A stretch of DNA of 64,000 bases from Cenarchaeum sp. (GTDB lineage Archaea > Thermoproteota > Nitrososphaeria > Nitrososphaerales > Nitrosopumilaceae), in contig CBDESU010000002.1 in the NCBI GenBank assembly GCA_965242695.1, forward strand, positions 1,440,001 through 1,504,000, written 5' to 3'. Made by a program: the position numbers and the translations under genes. Numbering within the stretch: the stretch's first letter is position 1; each line of letters opens with the position of its first letter. Shown in pieces: positions 1 through 9,812 of this stretch. A model generated the notes under the pieces. It was not told the DNA's origin. It saw nothing but the letters and a program-made list of their open reading frames with translations, and made no database searches.

Positions 1-35
1 TCCACTTGTACACAATGCCTGCGCAGGCCTGTTGA

Positions 36-464
36 ATGAGACAGGTCGGCACCGGGAAGGGGGGCGGGACGAGCGGCGGCATGAGCGCTGCCGAGGCCCT
101 CCGCTTCTATCGCGAGTTCAAGAAGCTCAAGGAGGAGGCCGGGCTGCCCTCCTACGACCCGAAGGACAGGGATGCCATCCGCAGGGGGTTTTTCGGGGAT
201 GGCTACGGCACGTCTCTGAAGGACATTGAAAGGTCGAGGAAAGCGCGCCCGCCGGGCCGGCCAAGGCGCCGCCGATGCGGCCATGTGTGGGGCTCGGGAC
301 ATGCTAGGGCGCGTTCGGGACAGGCGGAGGCGGATGTTGCTGGCCGTCATCAACGCCCATGCCATAGCACCGAGCGGCGGGCCCGCCGCCGGCCCGCGCA
401 TCCTGATAGCCGCCGCCTGACCACCGCCGCACGCGGCCTATCGGGCGCCAGCGGGACAATGTGA
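36..464 (+). CDS. hypothetical protein; only the N-terminal ~70 aa look protein-like
   Basis: ATG ORF with a plausible helical N-terminus (AAEALRFYREFKKLKEEAGLPSYDPKDR); the remainder is low-complexity Arg-rich. Confidence 0.3.
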   Translation: MRQVGTGKGGGTSGGMSAAEALRFYREFKKLKEEAGLPSYDPKDRDAIRRGFFGDGYGTSLKDIERSRKARPPGRPRRRRCGHVWGSGHARARSGQAEADVAGRHQRPCHSTERRARRRPAHPDSRRLTTAARGLSGASGTM

Positions 465-875
465 ACCCGTGCCAGGATATCGGCCGGTCTGCCGCCTCGC
501 GCGCCCCTCCCTGCGCCGATCCGTGACCTTGACGACCTACACGGCACTGTGCGGCGGCGATCGCGCCGCCGCCGGCTGCGCGGGCCGCGGCTGCGCGGAT
601 ACAGGCGTCGCGGCGGGCCGTCATATCCAACAACGCCTTTGGTCCTCATTGGCAGCTGGATCTAGGCGCCAAGCCGCTAGGCTGTGGCACAAAGCAGATT
701 TGCGACCAATGTACTTGGAATCGGGCGGCATCTACAGTTATGTGGGATAACTGGAGGCATATGCAAGCAAACAGCAAATTTGTCGCCAAGTACGGCATCA
801 ACTGAGAAAAAATTTGACGCGCAGGGATCTTTTCAAGCCATATCTTTTTTAGTATGGCATATACGGTGCGTCTTG

Positions 876-2006
876 TTGGCTAGCGACTTGGCTGTGCAGT
901 TGGAAGGTGTGCGAGCCGCCCTCCGCGACAAGAACACGGTATGCTTTCTGGGCAAGGCGCAGTCGGGAAAAACCGTGTCATCGACACTGTTGAAGCATGC
1001 CATTATTAACCACTTCATCCCTGGCCGCATGCATGACTACCAAGCTATAGTGTCCCAAGGCATGGACACCATAAACAGGCACTTGGTTGACATGATCATA
1101 GAAGGACAGTTTCCGACATCTGCGCTTCCCGTCTCTGGCCCGAGGGTTGTCCTTGACGTCTACAAGATGTCGGGTCCTGGGGCAGGAAAATTCGAGATTA
1201 TTCTCCAAGACTCGTCATGCGAGAATTTTTTCGAATGCCTGGTGAAAGAATGCCCCGACCCCGCCGGCCGCCTTCGCGAGATGCTCGAGCCTTCGGGATC
1301 GGGCCATGTGGGACCGCTCGCATGCTATATCTTTGCCAAGTTGTACATCCTTGCAATCGACTGCTCCGCCGTCGCCACGCTGGAGCAGCAGCAGTCTTCA
1401 CTGGCAAATGCCATCACCACGCTGCACAGGCTGCATACCGCCGCAAGCTTGACGCGCAACAATAAGGTCGTAAGCCCAATCGCGATCTTGTTCACCAAGG
1501 CCGATCTTTTAAGCGGGGATGACTCGTCCTACACGGCGACAGAGCTGCTTGAGCGCATGCCCGAGCTAAAGTCTGCCTTGGACGTGCTGCACGAGGGGAC
1601 GCTGGACTGCTTCAAGGTGTCCATCTCTACACAAGAAGAGTCGGAGGATGATCGCAGCAAACGGGTCGCGCGCGCAAAGCAGCGGCATGAAAGAGAATAT
1701 ACCGGGGCGGTCGTGAAGCGCCGAAGTGCCGACGAGGCAAACTCCGCCATGTGCGCCCAAGAGCGTTCAAGAGCAGAGGCCGAGATTGGCGGGGCTGATC
1801 TTGAGGCCCACATGCGGCAGCACGGCGAGAAACAGCGCAGGCGGATAGATTCAGAGCTGCCACTTCCTGCCAAGTTTGACTATGATGCTGCTAGAAATGC
1901 GCAGACGCGCCGGCCGGAACTCCCGCTTGCCTATACGCACGACGAGTATGTGCGGCTTATCATGTGGATTATTTCACAGATGGTCGGTTCGGCATGGCTC
2001 GCGTAG
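876..2006 (+). CDS. P-loop GTPase-like protein (TRAFAC class, DO-GTPase-like) with a charged helical insert near the C-terminus
   Basis: G1 GKAQSGKT, G2 region FPTS, G3-like LQDSSCE, G4 LFTKADL. Start placed at TTG 876 downstream of a T/A-rich box; the ORF track opens at 684. Confidence 0.7.
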   Translation: MASDLAVQLEGVRAALRDKNTVCFLGKAQSGKTVSSTLLKHAIINHFIPGRMHDYQAIVSQGMDTINRHLVDMIIEGQFPTSALPVSGPRVVLDVYKMSGPGAGKFEIILQDSSCENFFECLVKECPDPAGRLREMLEPSGSGHVGPLACYIFAKLYILAIDCSAVATLEQQQSSLANAITTLHRLHTAASLTRNNKVVSPIAILFTKADLLSGDDSSYTATELLERMPELKSALDVLHEGTLDCFKVSISTQEESEDDRSKRVARAKQRHEREYTGAVVKRRSADEANSAMCAQERSRAEAEIGGADLEAHMRQHGEKQRRRIDSELPLPAKFDYDAARNAQTRRPELPLAYTHDEYVRLIMWIISQMVGSAWLA

Positions 2007-2128
2007 AGAGGCTAGTGTACACGACAGGCTCTTTCGGCGGACCGCAGGGGTGCCACGTGAAGGCAAAAAGTCCGGGCATCTCTGCCAAAACAGTCTCGGA
2101 CTCGGATCCCTACACGCTGCCTCAGGCA

Positions 2129-3682
2129 GGTTCTGTCTAATATTCGAGACTTGGTCGCTTTCTTAATTGTTCCTGCCCGCGCTTGATCAATAGCGGAACC
2201 TGGGCACCACTTGAAATCCGGCCTGCCGCGGCAGGCCTCTCCTGCTCGTCTTCTTTCGACGGCGAGCCTCCACATCGCAGTTGTGGTCGGCAGAGCATGC
2301 GATTATGGCGCGCCACTTGTCGGCATCCTCAAAGATCACCCCCGCCGCCTCCGACGGCGTCTTTTTCAGTTCCGTGTGAGTCCTTGCGAAGTTGTAGTGT
2401 ATCTGGCGCATTGCCACGTACGTCGTGTATGGGGTCTTGATTCCCCCGCACGTCCCGACAAGCTCCCTCATCGTGCCGTTGTGCCTCTCCTTTACGTTGG
2501 TGTTCATGTCGCCGTCCGCGTGGATGTGGCGTATGTGGAACGACATCGTGCCGCTGCCGTTGCGCCGCATCACTGCGTTGTGGGCGGACGCAAAGTTTTG
2601 GGCGCCGTCCGTCCTTACAAGCGCGGGCACGGGTCCCCTGACGGCCATGTCCATCTTGTAGAGGCCCTGGACGCTGTGGGATCCCTTGCGCCGCCCGATC
2701 TGCGCCCCCGTCCAGAAGCGGGTCCCCTCGTCCTAGGCCGAGAAGATCACGTGCCTGACCCCGTTGATGCGCACGATCATCTCGTCGGCGGCCATGACGG
2801 GGGACAGGCAGTAGCAGAGCGACATGGGTACGGGCTGACAAGGCGCGGGAACTTTACGTACCGCACGTGGATGGTCGATCGGGCCGGTTCAGGGTGCTTT
2901 TTACGCAGTGAATCGAGTATGTTGTGGGTGGTCTTGCCCCCGCAGCGGTCCTCGATCGCCACTATGACCAAGTCCCCTCGGTAGGTCATGAACAGGAACC
3001 CGCCGTCGTGCGTAAAGCGCCTGCCGCACTTTTTGTTGCGGCACCGGCAGACCTGCACTTCGCCGTGCTTGTTCCTCCTCATGTACGAGGTGCCAGACAC
3101 CTCCTTTCTGCAGAACCGGCACCTGACGGGCGGCGTCTTGATGGCGCGCGGGCGCCTTCGGGGCCCGCCGCGGCGCCGCGGGCCGCCGCGGCGCCGCGGC
3201 CGCGGCGGGGGCGACGCATCGAAGACCCTCTTCATCGCGGCGGTGTGCTTGCACGCCCTGCTCGTATGCGCGAACGCCTTGCAGCTGCAGCACCACCTGC
3301 CGAGCACGTGCGCGATTCTGTGCCACAGGGTGTACTTGGACTGGGACCGCGCCTCGTATTCGTACTCGCCCGCCTTCTTCACGGCAATTTCGCCGCGCTT
3401 CTACCTGTGGATCAGAACCGTTTCACACATTGTGCCGCCGACGGTCAGGGGGGTAATTTCAGTATTAAGGCCCGGCACATGGGTTTGGGCAAATTTGGAC
3501 AAACTAATGCAAAAAACTCGATGTGGGCAAACAGATAAAATTTAGAAATTGGTTGAGTCCTCTGCATTTCACAAAACTAGGTTCAACGTCCAATCGCAAA
3601 TGCTCACTAACACACGTGCATGATCCGCACGACCGTGTACTCAATTAAGGATCCGACCAAGTCTCGAATATTAGACAGAACC
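2129..3682 (-). mobile_element. IS6-family-like insertion sequence, decayed
   Basis: TIRs 2129-2169 (GGTTCTGTCTAATATTCGAGACTTGGTCG...) and 3642-3682 (reverse complement), first 29 bp perfect. GG-n-TCTGT ends resemble IS6 family ends. No flanking target duplication. Confidence 0.85.
2187..3430 (-). pseudogene. DDE transposase with N-terminal SWIM zinc finger and Zn-ribbon, interrupted
   Basis: SWIM WCCSCKAF...CKH; CRFC...CRNKKCGRRF; DDE pieces VRTDGAQNF, NTNVKERHNGTMRE, HYNFARTHTEL. Split over frames (2777-3382, 2187-2654) with an in-frame TAG soon after ATG 3430. Confidence 0.85.
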
Positions 3683-3925
3683 GACGGGAGATGCGGAGCG
3701 TCCGCGCGCATCCTGTCGCAGCCCGCCCGTGCGCCCGGGCGGCATCGCCCGCGCCGCCCCGCTCCCGGCTTTGGCCGCGCGCCGCCGAACATCCTGCGGG
3801 GCCTGCAGCCGTCCGCTTGTGCACGGACAGAATGCTTCCACCCCCATCTAGGGGTTCCGATCTCGCGCCCGACCATCATTTCCACTCCAACAAATGCCTA
3901 AATACTACGGCTTGGGGGTTCTCCC

Positions 3926-4297
3926 ATGAAGCAGGCGTTGTCCTTGGCGGAGACGCGCAGGCGCAACAAGCTCCGCAGGCACCAAGAGTGGAGGGCCAAG
4001 CGCCAGGACATAATGGTCGTGTTCACCGGCACCGTCTCGTCCGAGGTGAGGTCCGCGGTCAAGCGCGTGGCGGGGAGCGCGCCCAAGTTCGGCATCGCCG
4101 TGCGAGGCAGGCCCGAGCGCCGCGAGGACCTGCCGTCGAGCCACCCGCCGATAGAGGGCCTAGAGCACACCAACCCGACCATCATAACCATCATACTCGA
4201 CGGCTCGATGTCGCAGGTAGTCGACCTGCTCAGGTCCCACATGCCCATGGACATGGCCGTCGTCCCGATACCGAGCGAGAGGGCCAATGTCTGGTAG
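3926..4297 (+). CDS. 123-aa unknown protein, cyclase partner, copy 1
   Basis: Paralogous to 5001-5372 and 7220-7591; stop overlaps the cyclase ATG (ATGTCTGGTAG). Confidence 0.8.
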   Translation: MKQALSLAETRRRNKLRRHQEWRAKRQDIMVVFTGTVSSEVRSAVKRVAGSAPKFGIAVRGRPERREDLPSSHPPIEGLEHTNPTIITIILDGSMSQVVDLLRSHMPMDMAVVPIPSERANVW

Positions 4298-4585
4298 GGG
4301 CCGCGGATCACGCGCAGATACAGGCGACTACAAGAGGGAGCTAGAGAGGGCGGAGCGCAGGGCCAGGCGGGATGACCTGAAGCCTAGGGTTGGCACGATC
4401 GCGTTTTTCGACCTTCCTGGATCCACAAGGGTGATGAAGGATCCGCACGCGGCCGTGCCGCGCATGATCCTCCACAACTCCATGTGCGCCGCGATCATAC
4501 GGCTAAACAAGGGCATAATCGTCAAGGAGCTTGGCGACGGGCTCGTGGTGAGGTTCGCCAACGCCGGGGATGCCGTCGTCTGCGG
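4287..4585 (+). pseudogene. class III nucleotidyl cyclase, copy 1, 3'-truncated
   Basis: FFDLPGST and VKELGDGL present; similarity to copy 2 stops abruptly after AVVC (~4583). Confidence 0.85.
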
Positions 4586-5000
4586 CAGATCGATCAGAGG
4601 CCTTCGCATGCCCGGCGACTGCCTCGTATGCCTGCCCCGGGCGGGCGATCGCAGGGGGTGCACGGCAGGCGGCGGCTCGATGCGACTGGTCAGGCGCCGC
4701 CTCTCCGGACGCGGCTGATCGTCCGCCACCGCCGCGCCCATTCTCGACGGCGGGCCGCCCGTCGCATCTGTAGGCCTGCGGGCGTCTGTCCCCCTATGCC
4801 TCGGTCGACGCGCAAGGCGCCCTGCCCTGCCGTACGCCTGCACGGGCGGGGGCGCGGCGCGCCCTGTCCCGCCCGTTGCGGGCCGCACTCTCCTGCTGCC
4901 GCCGAGGGTCCGTGTGATGGGTTGGGCGCCCCTGCATTCCTGTCTCCGACCGTCATTTCCACTAGCAAATCCTTATATGCAACGACTTGGGAGTTGGCCC

Positions 5001-5372
5001 GTGAAGCAGGCAACCTCGACGATACCCTACCGCAAGGGCACTAGGGCCTACAAGCACCACGTGTGGAGGCACAAGCACCAGGACGTAATGGTCGTGTTCA
5101 CCGGCACCGTCTCGTCCGAGGTGAGGTCCGCGGCCAAGCGCGTGGCGGGGAACGCGACCAAGTTCGGCGTCGCCGTGCGCGGCAGGCCCGAGCGCCGCGA
5201 CGACCTGCCTCCTGGCCACCCGCCGATAGAGGGACTAGAGCACACCAACCCGACCATTATAACCGTCATGATGGAAGGCTCTATGTCTCAGGTCGTCGGT
5301 CTGCTAAAGTCCGACATGCCCAAGGACATGGTCGTCGTGCCGATACCGAGAGAGAGGTGCAATGTCTGGTAG
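5001..5372 (+). CDS. 123-aa unknown protein, cyclase partner, copy 2
   Basis: GTG start at 5001 aligns with the ATG of the paralogs; TTATAT box at ~4973. Confidence 0.8.
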   Translation: MKQATSTIPYRKGTRAYKHHVWRHKHQDVMVVFTGTVSSEVRSAAKRVAGNATKFGVAVRGRPERRDDLPPGHPPIEGLEHTNPTIITVMMEGSMSQVVGLLKSDMPKDMVVVPIPRERCNVW

Positions 5373-5961
5373 GGGCCGCGGATCCCGCGCAGATACAGGC
5401 GACTACAAGAGGGATCTTGAAAGGGCGGCGCGCAGGGCCAGGCGGGACGACCTGAAGCCCAAGGTTGGCGCGATCGCGTTTTTCGACCTTCCTGGATCCA
5501 CAAGGGTGATGAAGAAGGACCCGCACATGGCGGTGCCGCGCATGATCCTCCACAACTCCCTGTGCGGCGCGATCATACGGCTGAACGAGGGCACGATCGT
5601 AAAGGAGCTCGGCGACGGGCTCATGGTGAGGTTCGCCAACGCCGGGGACGCCGTCGTCTGCGCCGTCAGGGTGATCAGGAACCTTCGGGATCACGGCGGC
5701 GGCGTGTGCACAAAGGTGACCGTCGCGTTCGGGACGATCTGGGACGTCAGGAACTCGTCGGGCGAGCCCGACGTGTACGGGACGCCCGTCCACGTTAGCT
5801 CGCGGATGGAGAGGCATGCAGTCGAGAACACCATCGTGATAGACGCAAAGGACAAAGAGTCGATCGTCGAGTGGTTTGAGCAGACGGAGTTCAAGATAAG
5901 GGTTCTGAGAGGAAAGCTAAAGGACTATCCAGACAGAAAGATCTACAGGATTCTGGTCTGA
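5362..5961 (+). CDS. stand-alone class III adenylate/guanylate cyclase (intact copy)
   Basis: Metal-binding Asp in FFDLPGST and KELGDG; purine-specifying Lys (VKELGD) and Asp (PDVYG); DVYGTPVHVSSRME matches DxxGxxVNxASRME with Asn replaced by His. Confidence 0.9.
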   Translation: MSGRGRGSRADTGDYKRDLERAARRARRDDLKPKVGAIAFFDLPGSTRVMKKDPHMAVPRMILHNSLCGAIIRLNEGTIVKELGDGLMVRFANAGDAVVCAVRVIRNLRDHGGGVCTKVTVAFGTIWDVRNSSGEPDVYGTPVHVSSRMERHAVENTIVIDAKDKESIVEWFEQTEFKIRVLRGKLKDYPDRKIYRILV

Positions 5962-6294
5962 CGGGCGCTGGCCGTCGCATGGCGGGCGCCGTGGGGCCGT
6001 CCCCGACGGCTGCGGCCCGCGGCCGCGCCGCAGGCGGGCCCTGCGGTGCCCGCAGGCCTTGCCGCGCGGCCCTATCCGACGTATGGTGATCCGGAGATCA
6101 CCGGCGCTTGTGCCGTATGTGATCCTGCGCGATCCCGCCCCGACCCGGCAGCCGTTGCTGCTGGCCGGCCGCTCTCCTGGGCACGGGTTTTCGCAAAGTT
6201 CCTCCACGCGGCTTGCGGGGCGCCTGCGCATTTCAAGGCCCGCCCGCTTTGTCCCCCTGGCGGCCCGCTTTGTGTAGAATGCCTGGCATTTCAC
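5917..6294 (-). pseudogene. degenerate RelE/ParE-like toxin
   Basis: FYTKRAAR...VEELCENPCPG...RRITY...ITIRRIGPR pattern. Start overlaps the stop of the upstream gene; the frame runs on into the cyclase 3' end. Confidence 0.55.
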
Positions 6295-6890
6295 AGGCCC
6301 AGCTCTTTCAGCATCTGCTCGTGCGTATAGTATTCCCCCCTTGCCAGGCAGCGCATATCCTCGTCGATCTCCCTTGCATCCTCGGCCGTGTACGTCCCCG
6401 GTTCGTCCGCGTTGACCAGCCGCGCAATGTACTCGCCCGTCGTCTCCGTTGGACTCTTCCCCTTTTCGATTGACTCGAACCTGGTGCCTGCGAGGATCGA
6501 CTTGCCCGTCTTGTCTCTGCCGCGCCTCCCCCGGCCGGCGCGGCCGGATCCATCGGCCTTGGATGCCCAGAGTACCGCGCCTTCTTCGATGGCAACCTTG
6601 GCGGAACGCACCAGATGGTCCAAGATGCGGTCAAGATCCGCTGCGGTCACGCGGCCGGGCAGCACCCTCAGCAGGCGATCCCTGCTCTCGTACCGGCGGT
6701 TTGCCGATACGACGCGCTCGACCCTCTCGACCATGTCGGGGTCGGGCGCGGCCCGCGGCGGAGCGGGGCCCAGCGCGGCGCTCGGCGCGGCGCCGGGTGC
6801 GCCGCCGCCTGCGGCCGGGTCCACGGCGGGCGGCCCTGCATGGACTGCCTTTTTGCCCGCGCTCACGGCCTTTCCGCCCGGCCCGCACAT
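6291..6890 (-). CDS. putative antitoxin (HTH-like middle, acidic C-terminal tail)
   Basis: C-terminus EIDEDMRCLARGEYYTHEQMLKELGL resembles archaeal RelB-like tails; coupled to the RelE-like ORF. Confidence 0.6.
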   Translation of the reverse strand: MCGPGGKAVSAGKKAVHAGPPAVDPAAGGGAPGAAPSAALGPAPPRAAPDPDMVERVERVVSANRRYESRDRLLRVLPGRVTAADLDRILDHLVRSAKVAIEEGAVLWASKADGSGRAGRGRRGRDKTGKSILAGTRFESIEKGKSPTETTGEYIARLVNADEPGTYTAEDAREIDEDMRCLARGEYYTHEQMLKELGL

Positions 6891-7219
6891 ATCAGTGTGC
6901 CCTCTTGGGGGCGCGGGCGCGGCGGCGGCATGCGTGCGCTTGCGGGTGCATCAGCGTAGCCTGGCGATCGGCGGCGGCGGCGGCGGATGCACTGCAGCCG
7001 CGTCCGCGCGTCCGCGCGGCCTCGCATGCACCTCCCTCTCGGCCGGCGCCGCCCGCGGGCCTTGGCTGCGCACTGCAGGGCATACTGCGGGGCCTGCAGC
7101 CGTCGCTTGCGCATGGACAGAATGCCTCCACCCCCATCGTCTAGGAGTTTTGATCTCGCGCCCGACCGTCATTTCCACTCCAACAAATGCCCAAATACTA
7201 CGGCTTGGGGGCTTCCACC

Positions 7220-7591
7220 ATGAAGCAGGCGCTGTCCTTGGCGGAGACGCGCAGGCGCAACAAGCTCCGCAGGCACCAAGAGTGGAGGAACAAGCGCCAG
7301 GACATAATGGTAGTGTTCACAGGCACCGTCTCGTCCAAAGTGAGGTCCGCGGTCAAGCGCGTGGCGGGGAGCGCGCCCAAGTTCGACGTTGTCGTGCGTG
7401 GCAGGCCCGAGCGCCGCGAGGACCTGCCTCCTGGCCACCCGCCGATAGAGGGCCTAGAGCACACGAGCCCGACCATCATAACCGTCATGATGGACGGCTC
7501 GATGTCGCAGGTCGTCGACCTGCTCAGGTCCCACATGCCCATGGGAATGGTCGTCGTTCCGATACCGAGAGAGAGGTCCAATGGCTGGTAG
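7220..7591 (+). CDS. 123-aa unknown protein, cyclase partner, copy 3
   Basis: Near-identical to 3926-4297, including ~140 bp of upstream sequence (7080-7219 vs 3790-3925). Confidence 0.8.
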   Translation: MKQALSLAETRRRNKLRRHQEWRNKRQDIMVVFTGTVSSKVRSAVKRVAGSAPKFDVVVRGRPERREDLPPGHPPIEGLEHTSPTIITVMMDGSMSQVVDLLRSHMPMGMVVVPIPRERSNGW

Positions 7592-8182
7592 GAGCCGCGG
7601 ATCACGCGCAGGCGCCGGCGACTACAAGAGGGAGCTAGAGAGGGCACGCGCCGGGCCCGGCGGGACGACCTGAAGCCTAGCGTGGGAGCGATCGCGTTTT
7701 TCGACCTTCCTGGATCCACAAGGGTGATGAAGAAGGACCCGCACGTGGCGGTGCCGCGCATGATCCTCCACAACTCCCTGTGCGCCGCGATCATACGGCT
7801 AAACAAGGGCATAATCGTCAAGGAGCTCGGCGACGGGCTCATGGTGAGGTTCGACAATGCTGGGGACGCCGTTGTCTGCGCCGTCAGGGCGATCAGGAAC
7901 CTCCGGGAGCACGGCAATGGCGTGTGCACAAAGGCGACCGTCGCGTTCGGGACGCTCTGGGACGTCAGGAACGCGTCGGGCGAGCCCGACGTGTACGGGA
8001 CGCCCGTCCACGTGAGCTCGCGGATGGAGAGGCATGCGGTCGAGAATGCCATAGTAATAGACGAAAAGGACAGGGAGTCGATCGTCGAGTGGTTCGACAA
8101 AGCCGCCTTTGACGTGCGGCCGCTGCGAAAAAAGCTAGAGGACTATCCCGACCGAAGGCTCTACATGCTGTCGGTCCGGTAG
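7581..8182 (+). pseudogene. class III nucleotidyl cyclase, copy 3; frameshift in leader, catalytic domain intact from GTG 7682
   Basis: The ATG 7581 frame hits TGA at ~7671 because of a 2-nt loss near 7645 relative to copies 1 and 2; 7682-8182 retains all cyclase motifs. Confidence 0.8.
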
Positions 8183-8606
8183 CGGGCGGCGCGCCGGCGC
8201 GGCGGCCCTCTCGCGGCGCAGGCTGGCCTGGGACGGGGTGCATGGGCGCGGCAGGGGGCGATTCGGGCCGGCGGCGGGGGAGGAGCAGGCGCCACGGCGC
8301 ACGCCGGCGGCCCGCTCCGCACGGCGCCTGCCACGGGCCCCGTCGACAGGTTCTTCGAGCGGTTCAACAACGGGCGTCACAACGTGGCCCCTGGCACGTC
8401 CATGCGCGAGGCGCCGGCGCAGGCGTACGGGCGCAAGATGCCCAAGCACGGCGATGGCGTCCAGATGCCCAGAGGCGTCGGGTGCCCGCGCCTGACGGCC
8501 GAGGGCCGTTACCCTTTGTACACGACATGCAAAGAACGGCGCGCGAATGATTATATACGCCGCCGCGGCGCCGACGCCGTGCGCTAGATCCAAGGGCGGC
8601 AATACG

Positions 8607-9812
8607 ATGGCATCCCTGGCAGTCCCGATTGCATCGAGTCGTGAATCTTCCGCGCCAGCTGGAGGGGATGGCGGCGGCGGCGGCGCCGCCAACATGGCCG
8701 CCCTGACCATATACGGCATACTGCAGCACCAGTACGGGCGGCACGACACCGCCCTTGAGGTGTGCGACGCAGTGGTGCGGGCGTACCCCGGATACCCGCC
8801 GGCGCATGCGGGACGGGCCCGGGCGCTGGCCGGACTGGGGCGGCCCGACGAGGCGCTCCACGCATTCTGCGATGCCATCGCATGCGATCCCGAGTGCGCG
8901 CCGGCGCATGCGGACTATGCGCTGGCGGCGACGCGGCTGGGATGCTACGAGGATGCCATCGCCGCGTACGGAGAGGCGATCCGGCTGGCGCCGGACAGCG
9001 CGGACGTCCGCGCGGGGCACGCATTTGCGCTGGCGGGCGCAGGGCGCCTCGAGGACGCGCTGGCGGCATGCGAAGAGGCGGCCCGAATGGGCCCGGGATC
9101 GGCCCTGGCGCATGCCGCGCGCGGGAGGGTCATGGCCGGCATGGGGCGCCACTCCGATGCGCTCTCTGCCTTTGACCGCGCAGCCGGGCTGGATGCGAAA
9201 TCGGCGTCGGCGCACGCGGGGCGCGGGCTGGCCCTCGAGTCCCTTGGCCGCCACTCCGATGCGCTCTTGGCGTACGGCCGGGCCGTCCGCCTCGACCCCG
9301 GCTCGGCGTCGGCGCACGCGGGGCGCGGGCTGGCCCTCGAGTCCCTTGGCCGCCACTCCGATGCGCTCTTGGCATATGAGCGGGCGATCGGCATCGACAG
9401 GTACCACAGGCTGGCCAGGGATGGCAGGAATCGAACGGGGCGGCGCTGCGCCCCGGGCGGGCCGGGCGAGGCCGCCCGGCCGGGATCGGCAGGGGAGGAC
9501 GGCCATGCCAGCGATCGCGATGCTGCCTCCGCGCCGGGGCCGCGCCGTGCATGCGTTGCGGACATTGGCCGCGCAATGGATCCCGACCACGCACCCGCGC
9601 GAGGGTACATAGAGTACTGCATGTCGCACGCGCCGCGCGCCGGCGAGAGCGCCGCCGGACTGCGCCCGGCTCCCCTGACGGACGAGGAGGCGGCCTGCAT
9701 AAGCGAGTCCGCGTCCGGCGGCGGGGTGGTCGTGATGGAGGGATCAGAGTTCGTCGATACGATCAGAGGGTGGGCGGGGGCCGCAAAGGGCGCGAGATGC
9801 GGCGGGGCATGA
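8607..9812 (+). CDS. TPR-repeat protein with antitoxin-like C-terminal segment
   Basis: Several 34-aa TPR units (AHAGRGLALESLGRHSDALLAY), some near-identical 102-bp DNA repeats at ~9150-9400; ends PLTDEEAACISES...MEGSEFVDTIRGW; ATGA overlap with the RelE gene. Start codon uncertain. Confidence 0.8.
   Translation: MASLAVPIASSRESSAPAGGDGGGGGAANMAALTIYGILQHQYGRHDTALEVCDAVVRAYPGYPPAHAGRARALAGLGRPDEALHAFCDAIACDPECAPAHADYALAATRLGCYEDAIAAYGEAIRLAPDSADVRAGHAFALAGAGRLEDALAACEEAARMGPGSALAHAARGRVMAGMGRHSDALSAFDRAAGLDAKSASAHAGRGLALESLGRHSDALLAYGRAVRLDPGSASAHAGRGLALESLGRHSDALLAYERAIGIDRYHRLARDGRNRTGRRCAPGGPGEAARPGSAGEDGHASDRDAASAPGPRRACVADIGRAMDPDHAPARGYIEYCMSHAPRAGESAAGLRPAPLTDEEAACISESASGGGVVVMEGSEFVDTIRGWAGAAKGARCGGA

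Noticed and set aside
3926-8182. Pycsar, CBASS or type III CRISPR signalling
   Set aside because: The cyclase has purine-type Lys/Asp residues, no adjacent TIR, TM or cNMP-binding effector is visible, and no CD-NTase or Cas10 motifs are present.
8384-8587. 67-aa ORF upstream of the TPR gene
   Set aside because: No recognisable motif, and it overlaps the likely TATA box of the TPR gene.
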